Source of the DNA: Vulcanimicrobiota bacterium
GTDB taxonomy: Bacteria > Vulcanimicrobiota > Vulcanimicrobiia > Vulcanimicrobiales > Vulcanimicrobiaceae
Direction: 5' to 3'
DNA length: 64,000 nt
Assembly (NCBI GenBank): GCA_963695225.1
Contig: OY968762.1
Coordinates: 2,464,001 to 2,528,000 of the forward strand
Under the pieces are notes generated by a model. That model made no database searches, was not told the DNA's origin, and saw only the letters and a program-made list of their open reading frames with translations. Shown here one piece after another: positions 61,918 to 64,000 of this stretch; within the stretch, counting starts at the first letter, position 1; each line of letters starts with the position of its first letter. The position numbers and the translations under genes are program-made.

Positions 61918-64000
61918 ATGCGCGTGATGCGTTCGGCGCTCCGGCGCCTCACTACGTTTGAGTGGGCTGCCGTCGTAGCGCTCGGACTCATTCTTCCGAT
62001 CGCGCTGTATTTCGGGTTCGCGCTGACGGTCCGCGCCTCGGAGCGCGAGAGTGCGTTCGACAAGCTGGAAGGGGTGAGCCTAGCCCTCACCGCCGGGACG
62101 CTCCGTTTGATCGACGGGACCGACCTCGCGTTCCAAGCCGTCGACGGCGCGATCGCGACGCCGCGCGGGGCGGAGCGCGACGCTCTCCGCTCGCGTGTCG
62201 CCGATTGGCTAGCGACTAGCCCGATCGTCGAACGCGCCTTCGTCTTCGACGCGCGCGGACGTGGGTACGATTTGAGCAGGCCGGAAGAAGCGCCGGCGAT
62301 CCACGCTTTCGATCCGGCATTCCTTACGGCGCTTGACGCGCGGCCCCACCGTTCCACTTCGATCGAGCCGGCCGCCCGGATCGACGAACTCAGCGGGACG
62401 GACGGCGTTCTCCTGGTCCGTGCCGCCGCGGACGCCCGGGGCCGGTACATCGTGCTTTCCCTCCACCAGAGCCGCCTGCGGGAACTCTACAGTGTTCCGA
62501 GCCTCGGGGCGAACGGGATCGTCGTGCTCTGCGCCACGAACGGGCGCGTCATTCTCGCGGAGCCGAATTCCGTGCGGCTGAATGAGAAGGGCATCTCAGC
62601 GCTTGCTTCGCGGGCGACGGATTCCGCGGGAGGGCCGGTCCTCACGACCCTCGGCGACGGCGTCGAGCGCTACTACGAGTCCCGGATCGTCCCGAAGGCG
62701 GATGCGCAAGCGGTCGTGGTCGGCGTTGCGCGAGCCGATATCGACGGCGCCGTCGAGGGAAGGCTTTCGTTCGCCCGCTGGACGCTCGCGATCCTTTGGC
62801 TCGCGATCCTGTCGGGGGCGGCGTTCGCGCTCTTCCTCTCCGAGCGGGCGAGACAACTCGCGCTCGGCTTATCGCTCCAAGGCGAAGCGATGAGCACGCT
62901 ACGGCAACTGCATAACGATATGCTCGACCAGTCGCCCGCGAGCATCGCGGTCCTCGACGCGCGAGGAACGATCGTCGAGGTGAACCGGCGTTGGCGTCAG
63001 TTCGCGATGGAGAACGGCTATGCCGATGCCGATTACGGCGTCGGGAGGAACTATCTCGACGTCTGCGAGGCCGCCGGCGCCGCGCCCGGCGATACCGCGG
63101 ACGATGGGAGCGATTCGGCGCTCGACATTCGACAAGGGATCGAGGACGTCATCGCGCACCGCCGCGATACCGCACATTTTCGTTACCCGTGCAACGCGCC
63201 CGGGCAAGAGCGATGGTTCGAGATGTTTGTCGCGCCGATCGGCCTCGTGCGTGCAGTGGGCGCGATCGTCAGGCATCTGGAGATCACCGACCTCGTCGTT
63301 GCGCAGCGGGAGCAGAAGCTCCATAGCGACGTTTTGGAAGCAATCGACGTGGCGCTCCCGATCGCGATCTATCATCGTATTGCGAACGGCGGGGAGTTTC
63401 GGTACCGTTTCGTGAACCCCCGAGCTGCGGAGCTGTTCGGCATCTCAAGCGGCGAGAGCCGAAGACTCGAGTTGATTGGGGAATCGCTCCACCCGGAGGA
63501 TGCCGCGCGCGTCCGCGCATCCTACCAGAGCGCGCTCGATGCCGGCGGAGGGATGTGGCGGGCCGAATTCCGTTGCGTTACGCACGCGGGAGAGTGCGCT
63601 TGGTTGCGCGCCGCCGTCCATATCGTGGCGTCGGACGGGCGCGAGATCGAATCGCTCGCGGTCCTGCACGATTTCACCGAGGAAGCGCTGGCGAGCGAAA
63701 AGACCCACTACGAGCGGGAACATGACGAGTTGACCGGTCTCTTGACGCGCCCGGCGTTCGAACGATCGCTAACCGCGGCGATCGACCGCTGGATGCGTTT
63801 CGGCGAGTTCTTCACGGTCGTCCTCGCCGATATCGATGGTTTCCACGAACTGAACGAAGCGTACGGCATGGACGTCGGAGACGAAATGCTTCGTAAGGTC
63901 GCTGATGCGATGCGCGAAACCTTCAGGGAATCGAGCGACTCGCTCGCGCGCCTCAACGCGGACAAGTTCGGCCTCATCGCTCGAGTCAGGACGATGCAGG
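61918..64000 (+). CDS. Membrane sensor with PAS domains and a degenerate GGDEF domain (runs off the window end)
   Basis: Open frame from ATG 61918; two TM segments; PAS-like segments; HDELTGL, DIDGFHELNEAYG..VGD, then RLNADKF in place of RxGGDEF. Confidence 0.85.
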   Translation, partial: MRVMRSALRRLTTFEWAAVVALGLILPIALYFGFALTVRASERESAFDKLEGVSLALTAGTLRLIDGTDLAFQAVDGAIATPRGAERDALRSRVADWLATSPIVERAFVFDARGRGYDLSRPEEAPAIHAFDPAFLTALDARPHRSTSIEPAARIDELSGTDGVLLVRAAADARGRYIVLSLHQSRLRELYSVPSLGANGIVVLCATNGRVILAEPNSVRLNEKGISALASRATDSAGGPVLTTLGDGVERYYESRIVPKADAQAVVVGVARADIDGAVEGRLSFARWTLAILWLAILSGAAFALFLSERARQLALGLSLQGEAMSTLRQLHNDMLDQSPASIAVLDARGTIVEVNRRWRQFAMENGYADADYGVGRNYLDVCEAAGAAPGDTADDGSDSALDIRQGIEDVIAHRRDTAHFRYPCNAPGQERWFEMFVAPIGLVRAVGAIVRHLEITDLVVAQREQKLHSDVLEAIDVALPIAIYHRIANGGEFRYRFVNPRAAELFGISSGESRRLELIGESLHPEDAARVRASYQSALDAGGGMWRAEFRCVTHAGECAWLRAAVHIVASDGREIESLAVLHDFTEEALASEKTHYEREHDELTGLLTRPAFERSLTAAIDRWMRFGEFFTVVLADIDGFHELNEAYGMDVGDEMLRKVADAMRETFRESSDSLARLNADKFGLIARVRTMQ

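Noticed and set aside
1..64000. CRISPR array, rRNA or tRNA genes
   Set aside because: No regularly spaced repeats or RNA-gene signatures were noticed on reading; a tRNAscan/Infernal run would be needed to exclude them formally.

Overview
A very GC-rich bacterial chromosome segment; most long overlapping or antisense ORFs in the track are GC artefacts. From 1 to 19.3 kb are mostly housekeeping genes: PTS IIC, panC-coaBC-coaX, dusB, gabT, greA-lysS-truA and rplM-rpsI. Among them sit a candidate fatty-aldehyde/alkylamine cluster (class-III aminotransferase, SRPBCC protein, acyl-ACP-reductase-like protein and an uncharacterised partner), a nested palindromic intergenic element, and a photoactive-yellow-protein-like gene head-to-head with a Crp regulator. 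From 21.2 to 37.1 kb is the most striking feature, a compact and very divergent flagellar-type type III export cluster (flgC, fliE, fliF, fliH, fliI, fliK-like, one rod gene, fliM, fliN, fliP, fliQ, fliR, flhB, flhA). FliG appears only as its middle domain fused to FliF, with no torque domain. No stator, hook cap, filament or L/P-ring genes are in the window, which suggests a non-rotating, flagellum-derived secretion machine (inference). From 37 to 42 kb are Fur, secDF and a HIRAN-RecQ-like helicase. From 42 to 64 kb is an accessory-looking region: ppk2, a clostripain-like peptidase, a 1.6 kb vapBC islet flanked by a 91 bp direct repeat, a deletion scar, a PFOR plus fused NfnB-NfnA operon, an acetate-CoA ligase/GNAT protein and a truncated degenerate-GGDEF sensor. 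No tRNA, rRNA, CRISPR array, integrase or transposase was recognised. All calls come from reading motifs by eye, not from database searches. Several start codons were moved downstream of the ORF-track starts.
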